DNA of 64,000 bases from Octopus sinensis (GCF_006345805.1 NC_042997.1:210738001-210802000), one strand, 5' to 3'; shown: positions 36,231 through 50,469, counted from the first letter of the stretch. Translations and numbers: made by a program. Notes: generated by a model not told the origin, from the letters alone.

Positions 36231-36699
36231 TATGTCTGTGTGTCCCTCAAAATCCATTTTGGGCAGTGATGCGAAGAATACCTAATCTACTGCTCTTAAA
36301 CCACCATTTCTGTTTGCTTTAGAAAATCCCCGTCGTTGATGTTTTCATTCCGTGGACAAATAATATTACAGACCCTGCCCCAATAAAAGCTGGTTCTTGA
36401 GACCCCTTCGTGAAGATCTCTAACACTTTTCACAATCCTTCTGGTGAAAACTTTCTTATTTTCTGTCGGTGTCTCTAACTCCACAACACACTCACTCAAC
36501 AAGAATTGTCTAAAACTTCTACTTCACGAATCTGACCACCACCCAAGACACATGTACGATCCTGACAATCATTCGTCTACCCGCCCGTCTACTGTCTACC
36601 CGTCTACACGTCTGCTGTCTACCCGTCTCGTCAAATACACTGCACTCACAATTGCAGAATGTGTGGTGAGAGGGGGGAAAAGATATGGCACGAAGATCA

Positions 36700-37180
36700 A
36701 AGGCGTTGTATGTCCAAATGCCAGTGGGAGTTAATGAAAATGAAGACTGCAAAATACTGTCGGCTGCAATGGTTCGTTGTGACCATCATATCAGACATCG
36801 GGAGCCTGATATTGTCGTGATGAGCAAAAAAGAAAAATCTTGCATGATAATCGAAAAAGCATGTTCCAATGACAACTGGTTCAAAGAGAAAGAAGAAAAA
36901 CTGAACAATTATGACGATTTGAAGTGGGAAATACGAAGGTTGTGGGCAATGAAGAGAGGGGAGCTGGTACCAATAGCAATTGGTGCGCTTGGAAGTATCA
37001 ACATTCAACTCAAAAATATTGGCACAAATGTAAAGACAGAACACCTACTAAAAACATCATTGCTTGGAACCACAGAATTCTTGAAGCTTGATCAGTAAGC
37101 AAGTGTCACTTTAGTTTGCTGGCTGTGGGCTACTGACACTTTCCATCATTCCCAGCAAAATAAGCTGAGAGTTTTCACCA

Positions 37181-37221
<41 letters not shown>

Positions 37222-37235
37222 TAATAATAATAATA
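36700..37235 (+). mobile_element. R4/Dong-like 3' fragment with (TAA)n tail
   Basis: ORF 36685..37098 includes CDHHIRHREPDIVVMSKKEKSCMIIE...KLNNYDDLKWEIRRLW..VPIAIGALG. (TAA)n follows at ~37178-37235. Confidence 0.85.
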
Positions 37236-37504
37236 AACAATCTACAATTTTTTTGTCGTTGGAAATTTTTTCCCGCAACGGTCTTTCCTTCTAGACATTT
37301 CTTTTTCTTATCTTCGTCTGACGAAGGACAATCAACACCAAATAACATTCCAACATCCAAACTGTCCCTGTTTTTTCTCGGATTACCGTACTCAGATTGC
37401 ATACATACACATATATGCACACACGCGCATACACACACATGTATATATGTATGTACGTATGTATGTATGTATATATATATATATAATATATATATATATA
37501 TATT

Positions 37505-37585
<81 letters not shown>

Positions 37586-38200
37586 TATATAGTTCATAGA
37601 TGTAGTTCAGATATTCTCCGTATAGAACACACTTTGTAGTGCTCAAGGGATTTAAACTTGAGTGGGTAGAGGAGGGAATGTGAGGGTGAGCAAGTTAGGC
37701 ATGTCGATATATAAAGTATATTAAATACATGAAATACAAAAAATGTATATATGTATACCTAAGATGAGAAGGCATCCATCTACAAGCATTATCATATACC
37801 GTCGAGCCCTTAGAAACAGCTGTTGGATTCGTAATTCTTTTCTTTCACCCCTGTAATTCTCTATAACATTCATGTTCCGTGTAAGCTGGACCTTTTTATA
37901 TGCATACATATATACATTTTTTTGTATTTCATGTATTTAATTACTTTATATTCATATATTTGTTGTGCAAGATTTTTTATGTGAAATCGTGTGTTGAAAC
38001 AGATATTGTTGGATTTAGGAACTAAGATTAAGATTAATGTAAAAAATAAATAACGCTGAAGCAAAGTAACACCAAATATATTGTGCGTGTGTTTTTTATT
38101 GGCTAAACTGGCAAAATGACCATTCCTAAATACAAAAATACTTCATATTCATTATCTGTCTAATTTGCTTATCCCTACATTTACTTATATATAAATGTGT

Positions 38201-38241
<41 letters not shown>

Positions 38242-38885
38242 ATATGTGTACATTTATATGTGTGTGGACTTGCGGGAGCACGCCATCTTAAAGATGGCGT
38301 AAATACATTAGACTTTGACTATGGGGATTAATCAAGCCATTTCTTGTCAGCCCTGATTGAGCATTCCAGTTGTGACCACCGCACCAACTTCCTGTATATG
38401 AAAGGTTAAATTAGCCAATGTGTTCTTCCTGTTTTGTAAGATGTTAGAGAAAGTAGATCAGAAGAACGCTGGTTACTGTTTGTAGCAGACGGACGAACTT
38501 TAGGAGTTTCTCATGAGTCTTTTAGTGATGAAGTTCAGATGATTTTTAAAACATGGCTATGTTGGATGCGAGTAGATAGAGATTCAGTTCTTATGTCTAG
38601 TACACTGAGGGACCAGCAACGATGAAAAAATATCTTTTTCTTGGCTATCCTTATTTGAAACCATTATGTTCTCACTTTAAAAAAATGTTGTTTGTAATTG
38701 TATTAGAGACATAGCTGTTATTTCTAGCATGTCTACTGGCCTCATTGTAAAGACAGGCACAGTAGTTTTTATGAATGAGGATAGCGGAAATATTTTTAAT
38801 TTGTAACGAAAATAGCGTCTGTGAGTTTGTGAGTTTGTGTGTGTTTGTGTCTTTGTGTGTGCGTTTGTGCTTGTGTATTTGAGTT

Positions 38886-38937
<52 letters not shown>

Positions 38938-39421
38938 TGTGTGCGTTTGTGTTTGTGTATTTGAGTTTGTGAGTGTGTGAGTGTGTGTGTTTGTGTGTAT
39001 GTATTTGTGTGGGTGTTTAAACACGTTATGTTTACATTTATAAATGCATTCATCTTTAATAAATTGAAACTAAATCATTTTAAATTTCCAGAAAGTGAAA
39101 CAAGAAAAGCCTCCCAATATAAACAAAATCTGTTTCTAACGAATCCCAGTGTAAAGAGAATGTTTATAGAAGACAGGAAAAATCGAAGAACTGCGATTGG
39201 AAATCCCGCAGCGTGATCAGCTGCTGGTTTAGAAAGAAGTTATTGAAAAAAACAAGGGGGGGGGAGGGGGATGTCTTAAAATTAAAATATTTATTTATTT
39301 CGTTGCAGCTTCTGAATATCTGATGTTCAAAACAGGAAAAAAAAACAGAAAAAAAAAACATAGAAAAGTAAAATATAATGTTGTAACTGTGTTATGTTGG
39401 TAACAAAGAGAGGGAAAGAGC

Positions 39422-39469
<48 letters not shown>

Positions 39470-40404
39470 CAGCGAGACAGACAGACAGACAGATAACGGA
39501 CTAACTGGTTCATACTTTCGCTGCCTCTCTACTCCCCCAGCCTCCCTCTCGCTTCGCTTCCCTGTTTTTAATGAATTTTTGTTTGGAAATAGGAAATACG
39601 GAAATATAAAATGTATTAATATACACACTTGAAACAGTATTAAATTAAAATACCGGTGTCTATAACATTTGTAATGTATGTATAAATATGGACGATGTTA
39701 GCTATAATGTATTACCCCAGAAAAATACTTTTAAAAAGTCGTTTTTATATTTAAAAAAAACGCGTACCTCTCTCACAATGTTGTCTGCAGTTCGTCAGAC
39801 ACCGGGGTTTCAACTTCCTTTTGTCTCTTCAGTTACGAACACTCATACATGTGTGTTTATGTGTTTGTTCGTGTGTGTTTGTTCCTGCGTATGTGTATGC
39901 GTGTGCGTATACATGTGTGTGTATGTATACATATCTATAGCCTGGGTAGGATTTTAAACTACTTCTGGTTGTGGGGCCCTAGTACGGGAGTTCAAAGGTT
40001 TTGAGGAGTGTGAAGCCGCCTCTTCGCCACTATTGTTCACAGGTCTACTCTGACCCGGATAGGAGCACCTGTTAGGATCTCAGCTATGACTAAACTAACA
40101 TGTGACCCATTGGGAGTGAAAGACCTCTAGTTCTCGCTAGAATTTCCATCTTGGAGAAGGTAAACTTGTTTAAGAAAAACCGGAAGTGCAGTTGGTTTCT
40201 GGTTGCCTCAACCTTCGTCTGTAGAGCTGGTTTGCATTGACTTTCTTTAATCCAATCGTTTTTAGTAATAAACACATTCGTAAAACTCTAATAGTTTTCA
40301 TCGATACACACCATATATTTCAACTTTTAATTCTAATACTCAATAACCACAGACCAAAATGTTATGCTGAATTATGTGTGTGTGTGTGCGTGTGTAACTA
40401 TCTA

Positions 40405-40472
40405 TTTGTCTGTCTATCTTTTTGTTTGTCTGTCCGTCTGCCTGTCTATCTATCTATCTGTCAGTCTGTCTG

Positions 40473-40531
<59 letters not shown>

Positions 40532-40592
40532 GTCTGTCTGTCTGTCTGTCTGACTGACTGCCCATTTGTCAGTCTATCTGCCTGTCTGTCTA

Positions 40593-40655
<63 letters not shown>
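40405..40655. repeat. Compound (TCTA)n/(TCTG)n/(CT)n microsatellite
   Basis: Directly visible. Confidence 0.9.
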
Positions 40656-40657
<2 letters not shown>

Positions 40658-41764
40658 GGTTTGCATAGACGTCGGTGCTGAAAACCCCTCTTCTTGGTTG
40701 TGAGGCAGCCAGTGTCGAGGGGCAGTCAATATATATACTCATATTTATATATGCCTCTCTGAAAGTGCAATATTGTCTCCCTCTTCTTGTCCCTTATTTT
40801 ACATATCCTTATTATTCGTGCTCTGATGTCAGATTTTACAGCATTATATTCGCTCCACGTTATACCCCATCCCACCTACGGCGTGTTATCAAATTGTTAA
40901 CTAATTACCTTAACTAATCGTTATTTAATCAATAAAACATCCGTGACGTCCCAGGATGTTTCACTCCTGTAAATGAAACAAATCTCAAACTACAATGTGT
41001 AAGGAACTGTAAGCTACAACAACGTCAGCTACAGCGCCATCTGTCTCTGGTACAAAAATGTGTTAATGCTGTTTTAGTTGTCATAATATCATTAGACAAA
41101 CTCGTCGAATAATTAATAACTTTTAGCCAACAATCCACGTAGTTTTTAGCAGCATGTGCCAATCTAATGTGACAAATTTAATATCATTCGCAAATCGAAT
41201 GATAGCGATAAAGGGAGGTAAACTAATCTTTTTTTCTCTCCCGGATCTGTTACACAGATGCTAAGTCGATAAACAACGTCTAGATGAAGAAAAATAAAAG
41301 GGGGAAAAAAGCAATATTTTAAAATTATTTTTCGCTTACAAGATGTTGCTTTAACTCACGCGTCATATCTGAATAGGATAACATTGAAATAAAAAATTAA
41401 ATTATTGCAAATCCCATGTGTTCTCGAATAAAAATTTGAAGTCTGGCATGAATGTTTTTTAAAGCTATTTTTGTTTTTCTATCTTAAAACTGAAAATTAA
41501 CATTCTCCATCAGAGATTACTGTCTGTCCTATGTCTGAATAAAAGGCAGGATGGTCATGTCATGAGCGTCTTTGTTATAAGTCTCCTTGATCAGGCTAAC
41601 CTCGAATTAACAACAACAACATCTCAAATTGACCAATGATAAAAACGTTTATGAAACAGCATAGAGAATTTATAACCTTCGATGTAATCACGGAAGATAT
41701 GGATACCCTGTCGGCGATTTCATGCTCGGCGATACATCCAGGATATGACAAATGGCGGGAGGAA

Positions 41765-42295
41765 GATAAGGAGAGAAAGAAGAAGACAGAGAGAGAGCGG
41801 GGGAGAGAGAAAGAGAGAAAGATTAAGAGAGGACGAGCTGGAGAGATTAAGAGAAGGTGAGCTGGAGAGAGAGAGAGGGGAGAGATAGAAAGAGGAAGAC
41901 AGAGAGAGCAGGGGGAGAGAGAAAGAGAGAAAGATTAAGAGAGGGCGAGCTGGAGAGAGAGAGAGATTAAGAGAAGGTGAGCTGGAGAGAGAGGGGGAGA
42001 TAGAAAGAGGAAGACAGAGAGAGCGGGGGAGAGAGAAAGAGAGAAAGATTAAGAGAGGGCGAGCTGGAGAGAGAGAGAGATTAAGAGAAGGTGAGCTGGA
42101 GAGAGAGGGGGAGATAGAAAGAGGAAGACAGAGAGAGCGAAGGAGATAGAAGAGCGGAATATTAAGAGAGGGCGAGCTGGAGAGAGAGATTAAGACAGGG
42201 TGAGCTGAAGAGAGAGAGAGAGAGGAAGATAGAGAGAGAAAGAGGAAGACAGAGAGAACGAGGGAGAAAGAAAGAGAGAGAGAGAGAGAGAAAAA
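41765..42295. repeat. Purine-rich tandem repeat, ~115-bp higher-order unit built from GATTAAGAGA..GAGCTGGAGA subunits
   Basis: About 4 imperfect copies of AGAAAGATTAAGAGAGGGCGAGCTGG...GATTAAGAGAAGGTGAGCTGG...GATAGAAAGAGGAAGACAGAG. Confidence 0.85.
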
Positions 42296-42302
42296 GCGTG
42301 AG

Positions 42303-42410
42303 CTGGAGTGCTTTGCTCAAGGGCACAATTCATCGTTCCGTCAAAGAATTGAACCCACAAAATTACGTACATAAAACCAAAGCCTTTAACCATTTGGCTA
42401 CGCGCCAACA
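42303..42410 (-). mobile_element. Old CORE-type SINE head
   Basis: Minus strand GGCGCGTAGCCAAATGGTTAAAGG...GGGTTCAATTC...TGCCCTTGAGCAAAGCACT. Confidence 0.6.
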
Positions 42411-42444
42411 TATCATCATCATCATGGTCATCATCATTATTAGT

Positions 42445-42625
42445 GGGCGACGAGGTGGAAGAATCAGTGGCACACCGGGCAAGATGCTTAGTGGCACTGC
42501 GTCGGTCTTTAGGTTCTAAGTTCAAATTCTCTCGAGGTTGCCTTTGCTTTTCATCATATCTGGGTCGATAAAACAAGTACCAGTTGGGCACTGGAATCGA
42601 TTTAACCCCCACCCTCACCCCGTAC
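42445..42625 (+). mobile_element. Old SINE family A-related copy
   Basis: AAGTTCAAATTCTCTCGAGGTTGCCTTTGCTTTTCATC..GGGTCGATAAAACAAGTACCAG. Confidence 0.65.
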
Positions 42626-42639
42626 CAATATTTAAAATC

Positions 42640-43380
42640 ATTATTATTATCATTTTTGGTTTGACTCAGGTTCGGTCTTATTCCTGGTAGGATTTCTGTG
42701 GGTAGCGGGTTACTACCTGAGGCCTTAGGTATTCACACGTTTTCAGTAGTCTTTCAAGTGCTTAGAACCCTCCTGATAATCCTTGCTGTCCCTAAGAGAC
42801 AAACTTTCTGTAGCAGCTCAACCGGACATTCTCTTCCAATCTCCTCCAGCCATTTGTATACAGCTTTGCTTACTCTTCCCAACGCACCAATTATTATAGG
42901 CACAACCTCGACAGTTCTCATGCTCCAAATTCTTCCTATTTCAAATTTTAAGGGATTGTATTTTCTTTTTTTTTCGTCCTCTTTCTTTTGGATCCTAGAA
43001 TCACACAGGCATCATGGTCGATAAATAAGCAACTTCGCTATTCCTTATCCATAATCATTATTTCTGGTCTATTATTTTCTAATTTCTTGTCTGTTTGAAT
43101 TGTAAAATCCCACAAAATCTTGCATTTCTCCAACCCCAGTACTCTTTTGACTCAATGATTGTACCATGTGTTTCCAGCTTCAAATCCCCGTTTCTGGCAC
43201 ATTTTAAAATGTAAAACTTTCACAACCTGGTCGTGCCTCCATTTCTTATATTCATCCTGTACCAACTTGGAGCATTCTGTCACAATGTGTGCCACTGACT
43301 CATTCCAAGTTCCACAGGCTCTACATTTTTCTGACACATTCCCTCCGTGGATAGGGCTTTTCTCGGGATGTGGGCAATAC
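42640..43380 (-). mobile_element. R4/Dong-like 3' fragment (CCHC plus RLE) with TAA tail
   Basis: CRACGTWNESVAHIVTECSKLVQDEYKKWRHDQV...KILWDFTIQTD...NRPEI...EIGRIWSMRTVEVVPIIIGALG...LLQKVCLLGTARII. Confidence 0.85.
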
Positions 43381-43394
43381 TTGTCAGTACAATC

Positions 43395-43696
<302 letters not shown>

Positions 43697-43699
43697 TGA

Positions 43700-45478
43700 T
43701 GATGATGAAAACTCCCAGCTTATTTTGCTGGGTATGATGGAAAATGTCAGCTGTCCACAGCCAGCAGACTAAGACGACACTTGTTAACTGGTCATGCTTC
43801 AAGAACCCTGTGAAGAATTCTTGCACATCCAATCAGTGCTGATTTTTGTAGGTGTTCTACCTTCACACTTGCACCCATCTTTTTCAGCCAGGTTGGTAGT
43901 TGAGTGCTGATACTTCCAAGTGCATCAATTCCTATTGGTATCACGTCTACTCTCTTCATTGACCACAATTTTCATATTTCCCACTTTGAATCAACATAAC
44001 TGTTTATTTCTTCTTCTTCTTTCTCTTTGATCCTTTTGTCACTGGGGCTTGCTATGTCAATTATCATACATGTTCTTTCTTTTTTCTTCACCACAATAAT
44101 GTCCAGTTTCCTATGTCTGGCCAGGTGATCACACTGGATCATTACATCCTGCAGGATTTTGCAATTCTCATTTTTGGTGACTCATTCTAGGGTTTGTTCA
44201 TACTATGTCTTTGCTCATTGTAGGCTGTGATTGCCACAGACCTCTCAATGGATCATTCTTGTCACATTGTCATGGCATCATTTATATTCGCTTTGTGCCA
44301 ATTTCAGGAATTTGATAATGATGTGCCATGCTGTTTCACCCCTCTCAACACACATTCTGCATTTGTTGCTATCGGTAGTGTTGTCAATTCTGCACTTCAT
44401 ATAATTGGTCCTTAATGCTTGTTCTTGAGCTGCGCACATGAGTGCTTCTGTCTCTATTTTCAGGTCACTCCTCCTCAGCCAAATCCACCGGTTCTCTGTA
44501 TCTGTCTCGGCGTTCACATTTCTTGCTATCATTTTCGTGTCCTTCCATGCTGTTACGTATTTTGTGTTCTTTTCCTCTTTAAATTTTTCTTTCTTTACAC
44601 AATTACACCAGAATTTTTTTTATATACCACCCTAATTTGTTTTCCTCTGCTTCGATATAATCCTGGCAACTGATGAAACCCCTCTCACCCTTTCCTCTGG
44701 ACAAGTTCAGCCTTTCGGCTCCATGTACTGTCAATATTTTTTTGTCTCCTTATCCATGTTCATCATTTCTTTCTTTTGTCATTTTATGATTCCAGCTCCA
44801 TACCGAAGTGATGTTATCGCCCATCTATTAACTGCTTGGATTTTATTCCTTCCGGTCAATTTTGAACACAACACCAATCTTAGTCTTCGGAAATATTCCA
44901 TCCTCAGTTGTTCTTTCATTTCCTTCTCCGTGATTTCGTTGAATTCTTGTATACCAAGGTATTTGTAGCCTTCCTTTTCAATTTGCTTAATCCATTCTCT
45001 ATTTGGTAATTCTATCCCTGTTAGGGACCGTACCTTCCCTCTTTTCAGGTACATTATTCCACACTTCTTAAGTCCGAATTCCATTCTAACATCAGCACTA
45101 AAATAGTGGACCGTGTTCACCAAAGAGCTCACATGTGCCGCATCCTTGCCACACAGCTTCAAATCATCCACGAAGAGGAGATGGTTGATGGTTTGAGATT
45201 TTCCCTTTAGGTGGTATCCAAGGTTCATTTTCCAGAAGGATCATGTAGAGAACAAAAAGCAACGGAGATATGCTATCGCCTTCGAAAATCCTTCCGATGC
45301 CTAGGGTAGCCAAGCTTTGTCCGTAGGATGTCAACTCTCGGTTTTCCAACCCACCATACTTCTCTTCAGAAAACACGTTACGTTCTTTGCAATTCCTGAA
45401 AAATCTAAGCAATCGATGATCCACATATATCGAATCGTATCATGAGCTTTGCGATAGTCAATCCAGGCCATTCTCAAA
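43700..45478 (-). mobile_element. R4/Dong-like 5'-truncated copy with RT and RLE remnants, TAA repeats on both sides
   Basis: LRMAWIDYRKAHD; GRIFEGDSISPLLFVL; INHLLFVDDLKL; MEFGLKKC; GYKYLG; RCRMC..RGETAWHII; PDVMI. (ATT)n(AGT)n at 43580-43695 and (ATT)n at 45478-45500. Confidence 0.9.
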
Positions 45479-45499
45479 TATTATTATTATTATTATTAT

Positions 45500-45790
45500 C
45501 TTTCAACTCAGGCTTTGTTGGAGTCTTGCATGCGTCGTGGGTTTCCTACCCACATCCTTCAACTACATAATACTTTCCTGGTGATTTTGGCCATGTCAAA
45601 GAAGCAGACCTTTTGTAGTAGTTCTACTAAACATTTTTTCTGGTTTCCTCTATATTCTTCTTGATGTCTGCTGATACTGTCCACAAAGATCCTACGATAA
45701 TTGGCACTATCTTCACTTTCTTCATTTTCCATAGCCGTGCCATTTCGTACTCGAGAGGGTTCTATATATCTATTTTTTTCGCCTTATTTC
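45500..45790 (-). mobile_element. R4/Dong-like RLE 3' fragment
   Basis: LEYEMARLWKMKKVKIVPIIVGSL on the minus strand. Its 3' end abuts the (TAA)n at 45478-45500. Confidence 0.65.
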
Positions 45791-47079
45791 TTGACTATTT
45801 GTGGGTCAAATAGTCACACAACATCAATTATATAACACATGTTGTTACTATGGCACCGGATGTGTTTGGCTTCTGCAGGTCTCTACCTCCGTCACTCTCA
45901 GCAGCTTGTGCTCATACCACGCCTTACCTTTCTCGAAACCCCACTTTTTGCAGTTTCCAATGTAACACTTTCGCTACCGTATTATGTCACCACAATGTGT
46001 AGTGATTTTAAACAAGTCTAAGGCATTCGTTCACGACATGGGCAATGGTTTTGTTCACCCTATTACAGATGCGCCATTATTGTGGTCACTGTTGTTGTTG
46101 TTGTAATGCTGATATAATCATGAAATTAAATGTACCATAGAGAAAATGAAAAGTGCCCCATTTTGCCTATCGTTGCTCTAGATTCGAAACCAGGGCTCCA
46201 GTATGCCTGCTGAAACACAGCACGGACTTGCAGATTATATGGCCAGTGCAAAGTGCTGCTGTTTCTCTCGGACCGGTTCGTCAGCATTATCATACGCACC
46301 ATTGTTTTTGCAATTAAATGTGGTATTGCCATGACTAATTAATGGCGCACGCTGACACACCGACATGAAGAGGACCGTTTAGCAATGGGAACCAATGACG
46401 TAAGGAATTCATTATTTTCAGGAAGAAGTTTATCTAAAATGTATGACGATAACAAAGACAAACACAGAAAAACAAACAATCAACCAATCCGCTATTAAAC
46501 CATTATTATCAGATCCAAAAAATCAAGATGAAAACTTTCGATTATTAATACTGATAATAATCTGCTTTTTATTTTTTCTGTCGGCGTCATAATACGGATG
46601 CCGACAGAAATAAGGATCGTCGACAATTCAATTTTTCTTTTCACAGTTTGCTAATTGCACACAATCACAGTGATTTCTCTTTCCTCCATTCACCTACTCT
46701 ATGTTTGTGTCCCCCCCCCCTCCACTTCTCTAGGCCTTTCACAAGAATGTTTACTAATCTTTCATCACGTCTTCCTTTCAGGCATTGAGATCTTTTCCTT
46801 ATTTTGTTCATACTTAAGACATCGAACATTGACCGTATCAATGTCCTAACTACGAAAGACGTTCGTCTTTCCTTCTCCTCCACTTCACTAAACGATAGAA
46901 AAGCGATTGATGTCAACCAGTGAGTTCACTGTACGGGCAATGTCATTTGAAGTATTTACCCAGGTTGTACAGTAACTTACGTTGTCGCTGCTCCTGCTAG
47001 ACTACATGTAAAGTTCATTTTCGAAGTATAAACTCTCATGAGTGTATAACAAAATATCCGAGTGTGTAACATTTTGTTG

Positions 47080-47960
47080 GAACAATATGTGACTGTGTGT
47101 GACATCGTGTAACAACTGTGAAACACTGTAGAACATTCTCTTACTTCCAGTTACCCGGTGGACACTTTATGTCATAATATGCTGCATAACACTAAGGACT
47201 TTGGCTTATAATTCTTCTGTAACAGCGTGTGTTACGGTATAACATTCTGTAGCATTTTGTTACAATATGTATCACTATGACATAGTGCAAGGGCACTATG
47301 CATCACAGTAAAACATTATGTAACGGTGTCCGTAACACGGTGTTGTCTAATATACATTTGCGCAGTGTAACATTATGTAACACTGTATAACATTGTGTAA
47401 CTACAATGTCTATAATTGTGTAACATTTTGTACCTTTGTGTGACATTATGCAACACTGCAACTACAGCATCTGGTTTTCTATTACACTCTGTAACATTGC
47501 GTACAAATATGTAACAGTTTATCTAACAATATGTAACATTCTAATGCCTTGTAACAGTGTAACGATGTGTAATTGTGTATGTAACGATGTGACTTTAATA
47601 TCGAGCATTCTCTTGCACGGTGTAACACTGTGTAATACTGTGTGACCTTGTGTGTAACATTATGTAACATTGTGTAATATATGTAACAGTGTGTGTAATA
47701 CTTTGTGACTACAATGCCTAACTTTCTGTTGCAAAGTGTGACACTGTGGGACATTATGTGACATAGTTTAACTACATGTAACATTGTTTAACAGTGTGTG
47801 TAACATTGTGTAACAGTGTGTGTAACACTGTGTCTACAATGTATAACAGCCTTAACATAATAGAACGGTGTGTAACACTGCTTGAATATGTCAGTCATTC
47901 TGGTGTAGTGTATAACATTGTATACCATTGTGTAGCAACGTGTGTTACACAGCGCATCTA
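47080..47960. repeat. Degenerate ~10-bp-periodic repeat tract (TGTGTAACA(C/T) family)
   Basis: Dozens of imperfect TGTAAC(A/T) / TGTGTAAC motifs. Confidence 0.75.
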
Positions 47961-48307
47961 CAATTAAACAATGGCTGGATTTGAACTTAGAACGCAATGA
48001 GACAGACCAAATACCACGAGGTATTTCATCCGATTCGCTAATGTCTCTATTGTAATACAAGCAAATATGGCGACATCAGATGTTTTACGAACCAGAAACA
48101 CATCCACACCCCCATCCTTATAGACAATACACACAGCAGCCAAATATACGCGCGTCTACATACATACATAGATACACACATACATATATTCATACACACA
48201 CACACACGACTATATGTGTGAGTGTGTATGTATGTATGTATGTATGTGTGTATTTGCATGTTTCGTCAAATAGACGACTATATACAAGCTTTACCTTTTA
48301 TATTTTA

Positions 48308-48703
48308 CTAGCAGTATCTCCCGGCGTTGCTCGGGTTTGTAAGGGAAATAACTATATAAGCATTTTTAGAGATGTAAAGTATAATAGCCATCTCAATATG
48401 GCTAACCACAAAGGGGGGGTGTTACTGTAGCTTTTTACGTTCTGAGATTTAATAATAAATTTTTAGAGAGTTACTTCCCTTATATATGCCAAAAATGCAT
48501 TAAAAATGGGAAAAATTGATGGTAATTTTTTTTTAAATCGTACACTCATCGTAGACGCGTGCTAATACCCAGAAGGGCTCGATATGAATCACGACTATAA
48601 GATACCCGGTTTTGGTTAAACTGCACCGCAAAATGTGGGAGTAGTTAGGAATCTAAATTGTAGGAGACAGACAGACACACAACCTCTCTTTTGTATATAA
48701 AGA
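48308..48703 (-). mobile_element. Non-autonomous Helitron (second copy)
   Basis: Reverse complement of 25332-25729 with few differences. Same TC/CTAG ends, hairpin and A|T insertion site. Confidence 0.85.
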
Positions 48704-49241
48704 TATTTTACCATGTTTTTTATCAGTTATCTTTTTCTTGCTTCAGTCATGAGACGGCTCAGCATTCTGGGGCACAGATGTTTTGAAACAGCCGAGTTCC
48801 TAAATCCATTTCCGTTGTCTCTAGACCGTCACACCCTCATTATCAGGAATTGAATATATTTGGCCTTTGTATTCTTTCTTATTTACTGATTGGATTAGTG
48901 TAGACTTTCCTGCCAAACGTTTCTGTTTGCGTCATGTATCAGCAGTCACGTGTTGATCTGCTTGTGGCAGTCAAATTTTGATTGGTCATTCATAATATTA
49001 ACAGTCGAAAAATCCTTCAGTTCAATTCCTGATAATGAGACTGTGAAGGTCTAAAAACGTCAGGTATGAATTCAGGAACTCGACTGTTCAAACCATCTGT
49101 AATAAAGCTAATAAGAAAAGTTTTGAAAAGTATAAAATATGACAGAGAAATCTTGAGCGTTGTTGCTTATTTAAAGAAACATGCATAAAGGAAAAGATGT
49201 TCTCCATATTTATGTATATGTATGAAATAGAAAATAATAGA

Positions 49242-49272
<31 letters not shown>

Positions 49273-49539
49273 ATATATATATAGCGGCGTACGTACACTT
49301 TGGTCTCTTATATGTAAGTATATATTTATCTAAACCTTGCACGACTCTATTCTTTCTTTCTATCAGCCCTTTCACGCTTATTCGTTCATTCCCCTCTTCG
49401 TTCTTTCGTTCCCCTCTCTCACATTTCTCTGCCTTCTCTTCTGGTTCACTTTCCCTCCTCATTTCACTTCACTGTGTCCCTGTCATTTTTTCTCGCCCCT
49501 CCGTAATTCTTCTGTTCCTCTGCCTCTACCTCTCTCTCT

Positions 49540-49990
49540 CTTCTCTCTTCACGTGACCGGTGTTCGACCAAGCCTGATCTTTCTTTCTTGGTTCGGCCGT
49601 TGTCCGTGCAACGTCAATAATCCTCCCTGTGCCCGTCAAATCTTATGTCCATGCCGTAAGGCTTTATTTCCACACACGCCAGCTTAATTTAATTCGTCCT
49701 TAGTCGAAAGACACCTGTTGTTATGTCCTGTTATTTGTATTTGTGTAAGATTCTCCGTTTTTTTTTTTGTCCGTCCTTGTTTTCGTATACATTCGCCGCT
49801 TTCTTCCAAGGAATCTAATGCTCTTAGCTTTGTTTTCCTTGGAGCAATCTCGAGTATAACCCGCAGAAATTTCAAAGATAATCTGGAACTCGACTGAAAT
49901 AAGAAAACTTCGAATGACTCGTCCTTGTTTTCTTTGTAATATCTATCTGGATGTTTTGTTGTCCCTTTTTCGTATCACCTAACTGTCTGG
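49540..49990. mobile_element. Old family E copy, opposite orientation to 6447-7474
   Basis: AGTCGAAAGACACCTGTTGTT and TTCTTCCAAGGAATCT..GCTCTTAGCTTTGTTTTCCTTGGAG align to the reverse complement of 6600-6810. Confidence 0.55.
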
Positions 49991-50094
49991 ATGTTTTGCG
50001 TTCCTGTCCCATTTTGTATTTTATGTGTGTATCTGTATGTATATATTTGTGTGTGCGCGTGTCTGTCTTTGTCAAGTCCACCATCACTTGACAA

Positions 50095-50250
50095 GCGATG
50101 TTGGTGTGTTTATGTCCCTGCAAAAGTAGCGGTTCAGCAAAAAAAGGACCGATAGAATAAGTACGAGGCTTACAGAGAATAAGTCCAGGAGTCGATTTGT
50201 TCGACTACAGGGCGGTGCTCCAGCATGGCTGCAGTCAAGTGACTGAGTAA
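50095..50250 (+). mobile_element. SINE family B 3' half
   Basis: GCGGTTCAGCAAAA...GGTGCTCCAGCATGGCTGCAGTCAAGTGACTGA. Confidence 0.8.
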
Positions 50251-50312
50251 AGGAATATATATAATGTATAAAAAAATGCATGCATACATTCATACATACA
50301 TACACGCATACA

Positions 50313-50403
<91 letters not shown>

Positions 50404-50435
50404 AATATATATATACATATATATATATAATATAT

Positions 50436-50469
<34 letters not shown>

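Noticed and set aside
34318-36680. 80-bp inverted duplicate (34318-34396 vs ~36600-36680) as ends of one element
   Set aside because: The intervening DNA is unrelated SINEs and unique sequence with no TSD. More likely two fragments of a dispersed repeat.
37311-37370. CTGACGA-AGGACA motif
   Set aside because: No GAAA at a suitable distance; it is only a short local hairpin.
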